DNA of 64,000 nucleotides from Candidatus Krumholzibacteriia bacterium (GCA_036351155.1 JAZBOO010000163.1:4827-68826); one strand, 5' to 3'; counted from the stretch's first letter, positions 48,475 to 58,222 are shown. Notes: generated from the letters alone by a model not told the origin. Translations and numbers: made by a program.

Positions 48475-48789
48475 TTGGCGCGTTCGCATTTTTCCTTCGA
48501 GAAACGCCGCAAGGAACTGGACAAGAGAAAGAAAAAGGAAGCCAAGCTGGCTGCCAAGGCCGAGAAGAAGGCCCTCAGGGAAGCCGGCGTGGAAATTCCC
48601 GAGCCCGTCGTGGTGATTGACGAGTTTGGTAACGCGGTCGAAGTGCTTCCAGAAGTGGATGAAGAGGATGACGACGAAGAAGACGATGACGACGACGAGG
48701 ACCCGCATTCCCGGATGGGGTCCATCGAAAATTCAGGTTCGTCGTCCCTGACTGGTCATCTGTCCCTGACAGGTCTCATCCGTCCATGA
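48475..48789 (+). CDS. Hypothetical small protein with Lys-rich N-terminus and poly-acidic (D/E) C-terminal half
   Basis: TTG start with GAGAGGA upstream, 104 aa. Low complexity; the antisense poly-Ser ORF is an artifact. Could itself be spurious. Confidence 0.35.
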   Translation: MARSHFSFEKRRKELDKRKKKEAKLAAKAEKKALREAGVEIPEPVVVIDEFGNAVEVLPEVDEEDDDEEDDDDDEDPHSRMGSIENSGSSSLTGHLSLTGLIRP

Positions 48790-49468
48790 CTTGCCGCACC
48801 ACCAGTCCCGCCAGGGTCATCCCGAAACAGGCGGTCACGAAGACCGCCGATCCGTTGACGGTGCGGTCTGGCACCAGCATCTGCTCCGGTGAGTAGACCA
48901 CCTCGAAGTCTCCGCTGAAATCAGTCTCGCGCAGCTTCCGGCGAATGACCTTGGCCAGGGCGCAGCCCCCGGTTTGCCAGATGCTGCCGGTTCTGATCCT
49001 GGTGGGGTCCAGCTTGAAGGCCGCTCCCATGGAGGCGAAGATGGTGCAGCCGGCCTGATTGGCGCGCACCAGCAGATCCACCTTGCTGGGCACCGAGTCG
49101 ATGCAATCCAGGACGAAGTCATATTCCTCCAGCCTGAAGCTCTCGGCGTTCTCGGGGCTGTAGAATTCCTGTCGCGTGGTGATCCGGCAATCGGGAGAAA
49201 TCAGGGCCAGACGCTTGGCCAGCTCCGTGGTTTTCGGCTGCCCCACATTCTGGGCGTGGGTTTGGAGCTGCCGATTGATGTTGGTGGGATCCACCTCATC
49301 GGCATCCACCAGCATGATCTCGCCCACCCCCGACCGCACCAGTCCCTCGGCGGCCCAGCTTCCCACTCCCCCCAGACCGAAAACCGCCACCCTGGACCTG
49401 GCCAGCTTGCGCAGGGCCACTGGCCCGGTCAGGATTTCCAGACGATGAAAAAACGAGGCGTGTTCCAA
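48776..49468 (-). CDS. tcdA: tRNA threonylcarbamoyladenosine dehydratase (ThiF/MoeB-like E1 fold)
   Basis: VAVFGLGGVGSWAAEGLVRSGVGEIMLVDADEVDPTNINRQ, ...DCIDS..., short ~230-aa TcdA/CsdL architecture. Confidence 0.8.
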   Translation of the reverse strand: MEHASFFHRLEILTGPVALRKLARSRVAVFGLGGVGSWAAEGLVRSGVGEIMLVDADEVDPTNINRQLQTHAQNVGQPKTTELAKRLALISPDCRITTRQEFYSPENAESFRLEEYDFVLDCIDSVPSKVDLLVRANQAGCTIFASMGAAFKLDPTRIRTGSIWQTGGCALAKVIRRKLRETDFSGDFEVVYSPEQMLVPDRTVNGSAVFVTACFGMTLAGLVVRQVMDG

Positions 49469-49615
49469 CCTTTTCTCCCGTGGGTTTGTGGGCGGGTTCA
49501 GGATAGCTCATGACCGGCCTCCAGCGCAAACCTGTGGTTTCCCCTGGCCGCAGATGATAGTCTGTTGCAGAAAACTGCAACACCCGCTGGCCGACCGTTC
49601 CCCGAAGGAGTGCTC

Positions 49616-52573
49616 ATGATTTCCGTGTCCCGTGCCGTTCTGTTGATTGGCCTGGCACTGCTGCATATTGTGCCCGCCCAGGCCGGGCTGAACGATGGGG
49701 TGGTTCCTCTTTCCTGGACCGACCTTATGCCAGCGGCCCGTTTCGCCGAGGACATTCCTGACATCGCCACGGTGGCCGGTGTGGCCCTGGGAGAACGTCC
49801 CATCCGGCCCGATGAGGTTCTGGCCTACTATCAGGCCCTGGACCAGGCCTCTCCCTGCGCCCGCTTGATCGAGCTTGGGCGCACTCACGAGGACCGTCCT
49901 CTGGTCATGCTGGCCGTTTCCGATGCCGGGACCATTGCCCGGCTGGACGATTTCCAGAAGGAACACGCGCGGCGTCTGGACCCCCGACTCGATGGGGTGC
50001 CCACCGTGGAACAGCTCACCGGAACGAAGGCCGTGGCCTGGATGGCTTACGGCATTCATGGTGGTGAGCTGAGCAGCACCGATGCGGCGGTGGCGCTGGC
50101 TTACTGGCTGGTGGCCGGGACCGACGACCAGGCCCTCCAGATGCGGGACAGCCTCCTGGTGCTCATTGACCCCTGTGAAAATCCCGACGGCCGGAATCGT
50201 TACCTGACCCAGGTCATGAGCTTTGCTCACCGGCGTGCCAACCCCGATCAGGATGACCTCTCGCACCGGGCGGTGTGGCCCTGGGGACGGGGCAACCACT
50301 ACCTGTTCGACCTGAATCGCGACTGGTTCAGCATGACCCAGCCGGAGAGTGAGCGTGCGCGCCTGATCGCCCGGTGGGTGCCCCAGATCCTGGTGGACAG
50401 CCACGAGATGGGGGCCAATGCCACCTACCTGTTCCCGCCGCCGCGCCACCCGTTCAACCCCCACCTGCCCGCCAACACCAGCCAGTGGGAACTGACCTTC
50501 TCGGATGACCAGGCGGCGGCTCTGGATGAGAAGGGTTTTCCCTATTACAGCGGCGAATGGAACGAGGAGTTCTTTCCGGGTTACGGGTCCAGCTGGTCTT
50601 CGTACCATGGAACCATCGGCATTCTTTACGAGATGAGCCGCACCAGCGGCACCCTGGTTCAGAAGCGGGGGGGCACCATGCGCACCTTTGCCGAGGCCAT
50701 CACCCACCAGTTCACCTCCTCGGTGGCCAATCTGACCACCTTGGCCCAGCAGAAGGCCCAGATCCTGCATGACCAGGTGACGGCACGGCAGCAGGCCATC
50801 GACCTGGGGAAAAATGGCCAGCTGAAGGCCTGGGTGTTTGCTCCGGACCCTCGCCAGCCGGATCGCTTGCCGGCCATGGCCGTCAGATTGCAGGCCCAGG
50901 GGATCGAGGTGGAAAGCCTGCAGCAACCCACGAAGATCCGGCAGCTGGTGGACATGCGTACGGGTGAGGAGGCGGACCGGAATCTCCCCGTCGGGAGCAT
51001 CCTGATCAGGGCGGCTCAGCCGTCGGGCTACCTGGCCCATGCCCTGCTCGATCCGCATGTGCCCATGAGCAGCACCTTCCTGCAGGAGGAACGGGAGTAT
51101 CTGGAAAAACGAAAGGGCAGTCGTCTTTACGAGACCACGGCCTGGTCCGTTCCCTTGTCCGTGGGGGTGCCGGCCTACTGGTCACCGCAAGAGCCCAAGG
51201 GGTCCTGGCGGCCCTTTGCCGAGGAGGGGCAAACTGTCGGGGCGGAAATCCCCGCCCAGTTCACCTACCTGATCCTCGACGGGGACCCGGATTTGGGGCC
51301 GCGCGTTCTGGCCGACTTGCTGCAGGGCGGTTTCAACGTGCAGGCGGCCACCAGAGATTTCAGCGTGGAGGGCCACGATTTTCGGGCCGGGGCCATGGTT
51401 CTGCGGCGGGAGACGCTCACCCCGGTTTTGCTGGCTGAGCTGAACGGGATCGTCCAGAGGCACCGCGTGCACCTGGTGCCGATCCAGACCTCGCGCGCGA
51501 CCACCGGGCCCGACCTGGGGGGCACGCATTTCGACGTTCTGGTGGCCCCGCGGGTGGGTGTCCTGGCCGGGAGCCCGGTGTCCACCGGGACCTTCGGTGC
51601 TGTCTGGCACTACCTGGACCAGGAGCTGGATCTGCGATTCTCCAATATCGACATCAGCCGGGTGCGCGTCACCGATCTGTCCCGCTACAACGTGCTCGTT
51701 TTCCCTCCTGTGCGCGGAGGCACAGGCATGTACCGCCAGACCATCGGTCCGACGGGCATGCAGAAGATCCGCGACTGGGTCCAGGCCGGGGGGACGGCCA
51801 TCGGGCTCGAGGGCGGCGCGGCCATGCTGGCCGACCCGGAGACCGAATTGACCCAGGCCCGCTTCCGCAGTCAGGCCCTGGCCTTGCACCCCAGTCCGGT
51901 GTGGAGCATCTCGAGCCGTGAAGCCGAGGAGGCCGGCCAGGTGCAGGCCACCGGGCTGCGCGTGACCGGGGTGGTGCCGGAGGGAGAAGAAGCCTCCGTC
52001 GGGAGTCTCGACCACGGTCACCTGTATGATGTTTCTCCCCTCCTGGGGCCCGGTGCCTTGCCTTTCACCCAGGGAATCGCTCAGGGCACCGCGCTCGGCA
52101 CCCGGCCTGTGCTCATGGCCGACTGGATCAAGCCCACCCTGGCCGCCGGGAAAGCGGCGCCCGATGAGGCGGATCTGGCCGCCGTGGACGAGCGCCTGCG
52201 CCGATTCATGCCCCAGGGGGCCATGTTGCGGGTCGATCTGGACCCCGAATTGTTTCTGGGGTACGGCCTGGACGAGGACATCACCGTCTGGTTCGGGGGA
52301 GACGACACCCTGGTGGCCGGTGATCCGGTCCAGGTGGGGGGACGTTTCGCGGAAATCGACCGCCTGCACCTGGCGGGCTTGCTGTGGCCGGAGGCGGCCG
52401 CGCGCCTGGCCCACACGGCCTATCTCACGCGAGAAACGGTGGGTCGGGGACAGGTCATCCTGTTCGCTGCCAATCCGCTTTTCCGGCGCTGGATGAAGGA
52501 CTCCGAACGCATGTTTGGCAACGCGGTGCTGCTGGGGCCTGGACTGGGAACCCGGTGGTCGACACCCTGGTAG
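49616..52573 (+). CDS. Large secreted protein with N-terminal M14 zinc-carboxypeptidase-like domain and ~650-aa C-terminal region of unknown function
   Basis: GAAGGAG RBS, signal peptide MISVSRAVLLIGLALLHIVPAQA. M14 motifs IHGGE, NPDGRNRY, DLNRDW, SHE. Confidence 0.75.
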   Translation: MISVSRAVLLIGLALLHIVPAQAGLNDGVVPLSWTDLMPAARFAEDIPDIATVAGVALGERPIRPDEVLAYYQALDQASPCARLIELGRTHEDRPLVMLAVSDAGTIARLDDFQKEHARRLDPRLDGVPTVEQLTGTKAVAWMAYGIHGGELSSTDAAVALAYWLVAGTDDQALQMRDSLLVLIDPCENPDGRNRYLTQVMSFAHRRANPDQDDLSHRAVWPWGRGNHYLFDLNRDWFSMTQPESERARLIARWVPQILVDSHEMGANATYLFPPPRHPFNPHLPANTSQWELTFSDDQAAALDEKGFPYYSGEWNEEFFPGYGSSWSSYHGTIGILYEMSRTSGTLVQKRGGTMRTFAEAITHQFTSSVANLTTLAQQKAQILHDQVTARQQAIDLGKNGQLKAWVFAPDPRQPDRLPAMAVRLQAQGIEVESLQQPTKIRQLVDMRTGEEADRNLPVGSILIRAAQPSGYLAHALLDPHVPMSSTFLQEEREYLEKRKGSRLYETTAWSVPLSVGVPAYWSPQEPKGSWRPFAEEGQTVGAEIPAQFTYLILDGDPDLGPRVLADLLQGGFNVQAATRDFSVEGHDFRAGAMVLRRETLTPVLLAELNGIVQRHRVHLVPIQTSRATTGPDLGGTHFDVLVAPRVGVLAGSPVSTGTFGAVWHYLDQELDLRFSNIDISRVRVTDLSRYNVLVFPPVRGGTGMYRQTIGPTGMQKIRDWVQAGGTAIGLEGGAAMLADPETELTQARFRSQALALHPSPVWSISSREAEEAGQVQATGLRVTGVVPEGEEASVGSLDHGHLYDVSPLLGPGALPFTQGIAQGTALGTRPVLMADWIKPTLAAGKAAPDEADLAAVDERLRRFMPQGAMLRVDLDPELFLGYGLDEDITVWFGGDDTLVAGDPVQVGGRFAEIDRLHLAGLLWPEAAARLAHTAYLTRETVGRGQVILFAANPLFRRWMKDSERMFGNAVLLGPGLGTRWSTPW

Positions 52574-52604
52574 TGGCGACAGCATCCAGGCGCTGATCCT
52601 GAGG

Positions 52605-52630
52605 GAGGCCCCGCCGGGGGCCTTCTTCTC
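52605..52630 (+). terminator. Weak hairpin after the M14-like gene
   Basis: AGGCCCC-GCCG-GGGGCCT stem followed by TCTTCTC rather than a clean T-run. Confidence 0.35.
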
Positions 52631-52661
52631 GGTGGCTGTCCAACCGGTCACTTTCTTTCCA

Positions 52662-52690
52662 TTGCGAGCCAATTGATCCTCAATTAGCAT
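52662..52690 (+). promoter_or_regulatory. Possible sigma70 promoter for sodB (TTGCGA, 17 nt, TAGCAT)
   Basis: Hexamer spacing only; 60 nt upstream of the sodB ATG. Confidence 0.25.
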
Positions 52691-52752
52691 ATCTGGTAAG
52701 TTCGATCAAATGACGCGGGTTAGCCCGCTTTCTTTTCCCCTGGAGGTGCCCC

Positions 52753-53337
52753 ATGAAGCACGAATTACCTTCTCTTCCTTTTGCCAAGGATGCTCTGGAA
52801 CCCCACATCTCGGCCGAGACCCTGGACTACCACTACGGCAAGCATCACAACGCCTACGTGACCAACCTGAACAAGCTGATCCCCGGCACCGAGTTCGAGA
52901 ACATGTCCCTCGAGGACATTGTGCGGAAAGCTCCCGCCGGGGGCATTTTCAACAACGCGGCCCAGGTGTGGAATCACACCTTCTACTTCAACGGGCTGAG
53001 CGGCAGTGGTGGTGGCGAGCCCACCGGAGCCCTGGCCGAGGCCATCAACAGTGCCTTCGGCAGCTTTGCGGACTTCAAGGAGAAGTTCTCCACTTCGGCG
53101 GCCACCAACTTCGGCAGCGGCTGGACCTGGCTGGTCAAGAATGCCGCCGGCAAGCTGGAAATCGTCAACACCAGCAACGCCGACAGCGCCCTGCGCAGCG
53201 ACAACACTCCGGTGCTGACCATCGACGTGTGGGAGCATGCCTACTATGTGGACAAGCGCAACGCGCGGCCGGCCTACATCGAGGCCTGGTGGAACGTGGT
53301 GAACTGGGACAAGGCGGCCGAGAACTTCGGTGGCTAG
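52753..53337 (+). CDS. sodB: Fe/Mn superoxide dismutase
   Basis: LPFAKDALEPHISAETLDYHYGKHH, FNNAAQVWNHTFYF, DVWEHAYY. Confidence 0.93.
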   Translation: MKHELPSLPFAKDALEPHISAETLDYHYGKHHNAYVTNLNKLIPGTEFENMSLEDIVRKAPAGGIFNNAAQVWNHTFYFNGLSGSGGGEPTGALAEAINSAFGSFADFKEKFSTSAATNFGSGWTWLVKNAAGKLEIVNTSNADSALRSDNTPVLTIDVWEHAYYVDKRNARPAYIEAWWNVVNWDKAAENFGG

Positions 53338-53355
53338 GTTGCGAACCTGAGCAAC

Positions 53356-53389
53356 AAAAAGGCCGGCCCAGATGGGCCGGCCTTTTTTC
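53356..53389. terminator. Bidirectional rho-independent terminator (sodB / ompA-like)
   Basis: AAAAA, then a perfect 10-bp stem AGGCCGGCCC/GGGCCGGCCT, then TTTTT. Confidence 0.85.
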
Positions 53390-53403
53390 ATCCTCATCCG
53401 GCA

Positions 53404-54864
53404 TTATCTAGCCGGTGTGATGACCACGTCGATGCGCCGGTTCTTCTCGCGGCCTTCCTTGGTCTCGTTGTTCGCGATGGGGCGGGTTTCGCCATACCCC
53501 AGCGAACTCAGGTTCTCCGCGGACAGATTCGAGTTGGCCAGAAGGTACTGAGCCACCGCACTGGCACGAGCCTGAGACAGCTTCAGGTTGGCCTCCTCGG
53601 TTCCGTAGGCATCGGTATGGCCCTCGATGGCCACCTTGGCCTGGGGATACATGGCCAGCGCCTGCTTCACCTTGGTCAAGATGGCGAAGTGGTCAGGTTC
53701 GATCTCGGTCTTCCCCGAGGCGAAGTTCATGCCGACGAGACGAATGACCACATTTCCTTCCTCACGCAGAATCCGGGCTTCCTCCCGGGTGAACTTCTGC
53801 TCCACCTGAGCGAAGCTGCGGCGGGCCATTTCCTGGGCCTCCACCTGAGCCTGCAAGATGGCCTGTGCCTGGGAAGCTCCACCCAGCTTGGTTTCCAGCT
53901 GGGTCACCTGGCCGGTCAGGCCGGTGATGCGCGCATCACGGTCCAGCACTTCACTGCTCAGGCGGTCGACCTCGGCCTCGCCGGCCTCGATCGACTGCAC
54001 GATGGCTTCGGTCGGACGGGTGAAGCCTTCCTCGAAGCCCACCTGCAGGTCCAGGGCCCCGGCAATCCGGGTCAAGGGCTTCTCGGACTCCAGGATGAGC
54101 TCCTCACGGGACATGACCCCATCCTCGGTCATCTTGACCAGCTTGGCCACGTGCAGGGAGTGCAGGGCCTCGTACTTGGCCTCCATGGCCAGAGAACGGG
54201 GCTTGTCGGTGTCGTACCGATTGCTGTTCAGAGCCTTCTCCGCCTCGCTGAGCAGGGACTGCGACCGCGCCAGGGTCACCGGCGCGTACTTGGCCACCTT
54301 CTCCTGCTCGGCCTTGGCCAGCAGCTTGCGGGTCTCATCGAAGAATGACGTCTTGATGGCCGCCAGCTCGGCATCCCGATATATCCGCTCACTTTCTGCA
54401 CCCTTCTTGCGTGCGTCATTGACGTTGCCGTCTTCCAGCTTGCGTCCCGCCTCGGCGAACTTGGCCTCGGCTTCACGCCAGAGCAGAGGGGCCCCGTTGG
54501 CCGCATCCACCTTGACCGCGTCTTCACGCGCCTTCATGGGCACGGCCAGCGTGACCTTGGCCAGTTCGGTGCCCTTGACCGCGGAACGGAAATACCGGGC
54601 AGCTTCTGTCAGATCCTTCCGGATGTCATCCAGGTTTTTTCCGTCGGCCAGTTTCCGCTCGGCCGAGGAGAAGGCGTCCATGGCCTTGCCCCAGCTCTTG
54701 GGCGTGAGCACGTCGGCCTGAATACTCTTGGCCTGGCTCATGAGCCCTTCGGCTTCGGCGAACAGAGTCGAACGCAGTTCTTCGGCCACGGCCGTGCCGG
54801 TGAGCAGAACAGCGACGATGAGCAGGAGGAAAATCCGGGTGATCCGGGAGCTGGGCAAATTCAT
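53404..54864 (-). CDS. OmpA-family protein (helical N-terminal region plus C-terminal OmpA peptidoglycan-binding domain)
   Basis: Signal peptide. C-terminal NFASGKTEI...GHTDAYGTEEANLKLSQARA...RRIDV. Confidence 0.85.
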   Translation of the reverse strand: MNLPSSRITRIFLLLIVAVLLTGTAVAEELRSTLFAEAEGLMSQAKSIQADVLTPKSWGKAMDAFSSAERKLADGKNLDDIRKDLTEAARYFRSAVKGTELAKVTLAVPMKAREDAVKVDAANGAPLLWREAEAKFAEAGRKLEDGNVNDARKKGAESERIYRDAELAAIKTSFFDETRKLLAKAEQEKVAKYAPVTLARSQSLLSEAEKALNSNRYDTDKPRSLAMEAKYEALHSLHVAKLVKMTEDGVMSREELILESEKPLTRIAGALDLQVGFEEGFTRPTEAIVQSIEAGEAEVDRLSSEVLDRDARITGLTGQVTQLETKLGGASQAQAILQAQVEAQEMARRSFAQVEQKFTREEARILREEGNVVIRLVGMNFASGKTEIEPDHFAILTKVKQALAMYPQAKVAIEGHTDAYGTEEANLKLSQARASAVAQYLLANSNLSAENLSSLGYGETRPIANNETKEGREKNRRIDVVITPAR

Positions 54865-55111
54865 TTCAATCCCCTATTTCTGGAGAGTTTGGCCGGCCAA
54901 AAATGGCCGAACACTATCCTGGCTCCAGTACCAGAAGTTGCGGGTTGATACCTTCAAGTCGGGATCTTGGCAAGGTATTTTTTGACCCGTGGATCTTGGG
55001 TTTTATCTCCCGATTATCAGGGTCCAACTTCCCAAGCTCGCAGTTTTGGTGTAACCTTGGGCCCGGTCAGACTTTCGCCCTTTTCCCAGTTCAGATTGTT
55101 CGGGAGCCAGC

Positions 55112-56257
55112 ATGAATTTCGATTTCAACGAAAACCAGAATATGTTCCGCGACATGGTCCGTGATTTTGCCCGTCAGGAAATCGCGCCCATCGCCCAGCA
55201 GATGGATGAAGAGGCGGCCATGCCCGACTCCCTGGTCGAGAAAATGGCCGCCAACGGCTTCTTCGGCTTGACCTTTCCCGAGCAATACGGCGGCCTGGGG
55301 GTGGACACGGTGACCTACGCGCTGGTGATCGAGGAACTGAGCAAGGCCTCGGCCGGAGTCAGCGTCATGTTGACGGTGCACAACAGCGTGGGCTCGTATC
55401 CGCTGGCCATGTACGGCAGCGAGGAAGCCAAGCAGGAGTTCCTGCCCCGGATGGCCGCGGGCGAGGTGGCGGCCTTCTGCATCACAGAGCCCGGTGCCGG
55501 GAGCGACGCGGCCTCCCTGTCCAGCACGGCCCGGCGGGACGGCGATCATTACGTACTCAACGGTGAGAAAATTTACGTGACCAATGGGGCGCGCGCGGCC
55601 TTCTACGTGGTCATGGCCCGCACGCCGGGAACCAGGGGGCACAAGGATATCCACGCCTTCATCGTTCCCAAGGACACGGCAGGTCTCAGCGTGGCCAAGA
55701 AGGAAGACAAGATGGGCCTGAGGGCCAGCGACACCGTGTCCATCAACCTGGACGAGGTGCGGATCCCTGCGCGCAACCTGCTGGGGCAGGAGGGCGAGGG
55801 CTTCAAGATCGCCATGAGCGCCCTGGACGGAGGGCGCATCGGCATTGCCTTCCAGGCCCTGGGCATCGGCTATGCCTGTCTGGAAGAGAGTATCAAGTAC
55901 GCCAGCGTGCGCGAACAGTTCGGCAAGCCCATCGCCAGGCAGCCGGTGATTGCCCACAAGATCGCCAACATGGGGACCGAGCTGGATGCGGCACGGCTGC
56001 TGGGGTTTCATGCCGCCTGGTTGAAGGATTCGGGCCGGCCTCACACCAAGCAGGCGGCCATGGCCAAGGTGGCGGCCACCGAGGCGGCCTGGCGGGCAGC
56101 GGACGAGGCGGTTCAGATTCACGGTGGCTACGGCTACTGCAAGGAATACGCCGTCGAGCGCTACTATCGCGATGTCAGGGTCACTCGTATCTACGAGGGG
56201 ACCAGCGAAATCCAGCGGCTGGTGATCGGACGGCAGCTGATGGATGAGTATCTCTAG
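55112..56257 (+). CDS. Acyl-CoA dehydrogenase
   Basis: MNFDFNENQNMFRDMVRDFA...[21 protein letters not shown]. Confidence 0.9.
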   Translation: MNFDFNENQNMFRDMVRDFARQEIAPIAQQMDEEAAMPDSLVEKMAANGFFGLTFPEQYGGLGVDTVTYALVIEELSKASAGVSVMLTVHNSVGSYPLAMYGSEEAKQEFLPRMAAGEVAAFCITEPGAGSDAASLSSTARRDGDHYVLNGEKIYVTNGARAAFYVVMARTPGTRGHKDIHAFIVPKDTAGLSVAKKEDKMGLRASDTVSINLDEVRIPARNLLGQEGEGFKIAMSALDGGRIGIAFQALGIGYACLEESIKYASVREQFGKPIARQPVIAHKIANMGTELDAARLLGFHAAWLKDSGRPHTKQAAMAKVAATEAAWRAADEAVQIHGGYGYCKEYAVERYYRDVRVTRIYEGTSEIQRLVIGRQLMDEYL

Positions 56258-56670
56258 ATGAGGTTGACCCGGAAGATCTGCCACACCCAGGCACCCACGA
56301 AGAGAACGGCCGCCAGGATCCTGGCGGCCTTTTTTTCACCGGATGTGAGGTGCAAGCCGCGGCGCAGTCCGGGAATCACGGTGGCCGCCGCGCAATAGAC
56401 TGCCCACACCCCGAAAACCACCAGGCCCACGGCCACCACCGGATTGGCCAGGAAGGCGTCGAGCCAGCGGCCGGCGGCCAGGCTGGCGGCCGAGTGGGTG
56501 CCGCCGCAGGTGGGACACGGCACTCCGGTGATGTCACGCAGGGGACAGTGGGACAGGCCGAAAACCAGCTGGGGGTAAAGGCGCGAGGCGATGAGCCCGC
56601 CGATCAAAAAAAGCAGGATGGGCAAGGCCACCAGGCGGGCCACGGGGGATCGTTCAGGCACCAGGCGCAC
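56254..56670 (-). CDS. DUF2752 family membrane protein
   Basis: CPLRDITGVPCPTCGGT motif between TM helices. Confidence 0.7.
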   Translation of the reverse strand: MRLVPERSPVARLVALPILLFLIGGLIASRLYPQLVFGLSHCPLRDITGVPCPTCGGTHSAASLAAGRWLDAFLANPVVAVGLVVFGVWAVYCAAATVIPGLRRGLHLTSGEKKAARILAAVLFVGAWVWQIFRVNLI

Positions 56671-56680
56671 TGCGGTGCCC

Positions 56681-57364
56681 TCAGTTCAGGCCGGCGACCA
56701 GGGCCACCACGCTGCCGCCGATGGTCGCCAGGCAGATGATCGTGGGCAACAGGATGGCCAGCACAGCTTTCCAGGGCTCGATCTCGTGGATGCTGTACAG
56801 CCCGACCACCATGACCACCAGGCTCCAGATCAGGGCCAGGAAGGCACCGCACCCGGGAATCATGAGCAGCAGGGCCGTGGCTTCGCTGTAGGCCGCCACC
56901 CGGAAGGTGGCCTCGAAACCCAGGCGATTCCCACCCAGGAGAATGAGCATGAGATGGGTCAATCCCGCCTGGAAAAACAGTCCCACCGAAACGGTGATGG
57001 GGCTGAACAGAAAGTTGAAGAAGCTGAAGATGGGGGCCTTCATGACCTCGGACAGGTCGTCCGAGATGAAGATCTGCAAGGAGCTGCCCATCAGGGCATA
57101 CATCCACTGAAAAAACGTGGCCAGCAGGCCCAGGAGGATGGCGAAGAACAGGGGCTGGCCCAGTCCAACCTGGCTGGGCATGCGGTGGAAGAACTGACCG
57201 GGGGACAGGAGGACATCCTTGCAGGTCAGATACAGGGAGTTGAGAAATCCGAAGCGTTCCCGCCGTTCCCAGGGGGGGAGTTCCAGTCCTTCGGTGGCGG
57301 AACTGCCAAAGTGATCCTGGTAGCCGGGGTCGTCTGGTCCGTTGCCGTAGGGGCCGTCGTTCAC
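56681..57364 (-). CDS. Yip1-domain membrane protein
   Basis: GTG start with GGAG RBS. Five TM segments with a Yip1-like pattern. Adjacent to the DUF2752 gene, a common pairing. Confidence 0.7.
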   Translation of the reverse strand: MNDGPYGNGPDDPGYQDHFGSSATEGLELPPWERRERFGFLNSLYLTCKDVLLSPGQFFHRMPSQVGLGQPLFFAILLGLLATFFQWMYALMGSSLQIFISDDLSEVMKAPIFSFFNFLFSPITVSVGLFFQAGLTHLMLILLGGNRLGFEATFRVAAYSEATALLLMIPGCGAFLALIWSLVVMVVGLYSIHEIEPWKAVLAILLPTIICLATIGGSVVALVAGLN

Positions 57365-57499
57365 GTTCTTCTCCGATGGTGGCGAGCATTCCCGGTCCTG
57401 CTCCGGGTATCCTGGGTGCAGGCACTACGTTGCCCACACACAAAACGTTGCAAAAGGGGCCCGGAAAACGTTCCGGACCCGACAAGATTGCCACATTTT

Positions 57500-58081
57500 C
57501 TAGCGGCGGTAAAGGCTCTTCACTCCATCCCAGCTGCGGTCTTCATCCTCGAAATCGCACTGACCGTTGATCAGGTAGGGGTAGGGGCGGTACTGGCTGT
57601 GCAGAGCGGTGGCCATCAGTTCGCCATCGGCCAGCAGCACCGCCGGATAGTCCGGGTCCACCGAGCTGGGCTGGGTTCCCCGCAAGGCGAAATAAGTGGG
57701 GCTGTCGACGGTGCCCAGGTAGAGCATGGTCAGTGTCATCAGCACGGTGGCTTCGCGGGTGTAAGTGGGCGTGCCGAATCCCACCACGAAATCGTTGCCG
57801 CTGCCCACGTTCAGGGCCTGATCGTTGTGGATCTGCTGCCCCACCAGGACCAGGTTGCTGCCGTAGTCCAGGCCCACCTCGAAGCCAAACAGCTCACCGA
57901 AGGTGGGGCGAGTCAGGATGATGTACACAGGAAGCTGGGTGTTCATGCCCACTCCCTCGAGGCAGTCGAGATCGGCCGACTCGTCAAAATAGGGGCCGAT
58001 GACATTATCCTGAGGATTGACAACGGCCAGGGCGGGAAGCGCCCAGAACAGGCAGGCGGCGAACAAGAGCAACAGTTTCAT
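57500..58081 (-). CDS. Hypothetical secreted protein (193 aa)
   Basis: ATG 58081 gives signal peptide MKLLLLFAACLFWALPALA. No recognisable domain. C-terminus ...GQCDFEDEDRSWDGVKSLYRR. Confidence 0.6.
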   Translation of the reverse strand: MKLLLLFAACLFWALPALAVVNPQDNVIGPYFDESADLDCLEGVGMNTQLPVYIILTRPTFGELFGFEVGLDYGSNLVLVGQQIHNDQALNVGSGNDFVVGFGTPTYTREATVLMTLTMLYLGTVDSPTYFALRGTQPSSVDPDYPAVLLADGELMATALHSQYRPYPYLINGQCDFEDEDRSWDGVKSLYRR

Positions 58082-58222
58082 GACGGGACCCCATTTTTCA
58101 TGACCGAAATATCGGGCTTGAGCGAGCGAATAGGGGATGTTTTGGCAGCTCATGCGTCCTGCAGGGTGTCCCGGGCGGCTGATTCTCTGAAGATAAGGAA
58201 AACAGCCGATCAAAACCACAGC

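Noticed and set aside
48351-48725. Minus-strand poly-Ser ORF (124 aa)
   Set aside because: It is the antisense of the poly-Asp/Glu run (GAn/GAC repeats read as TCn); low complexity with no RBS.
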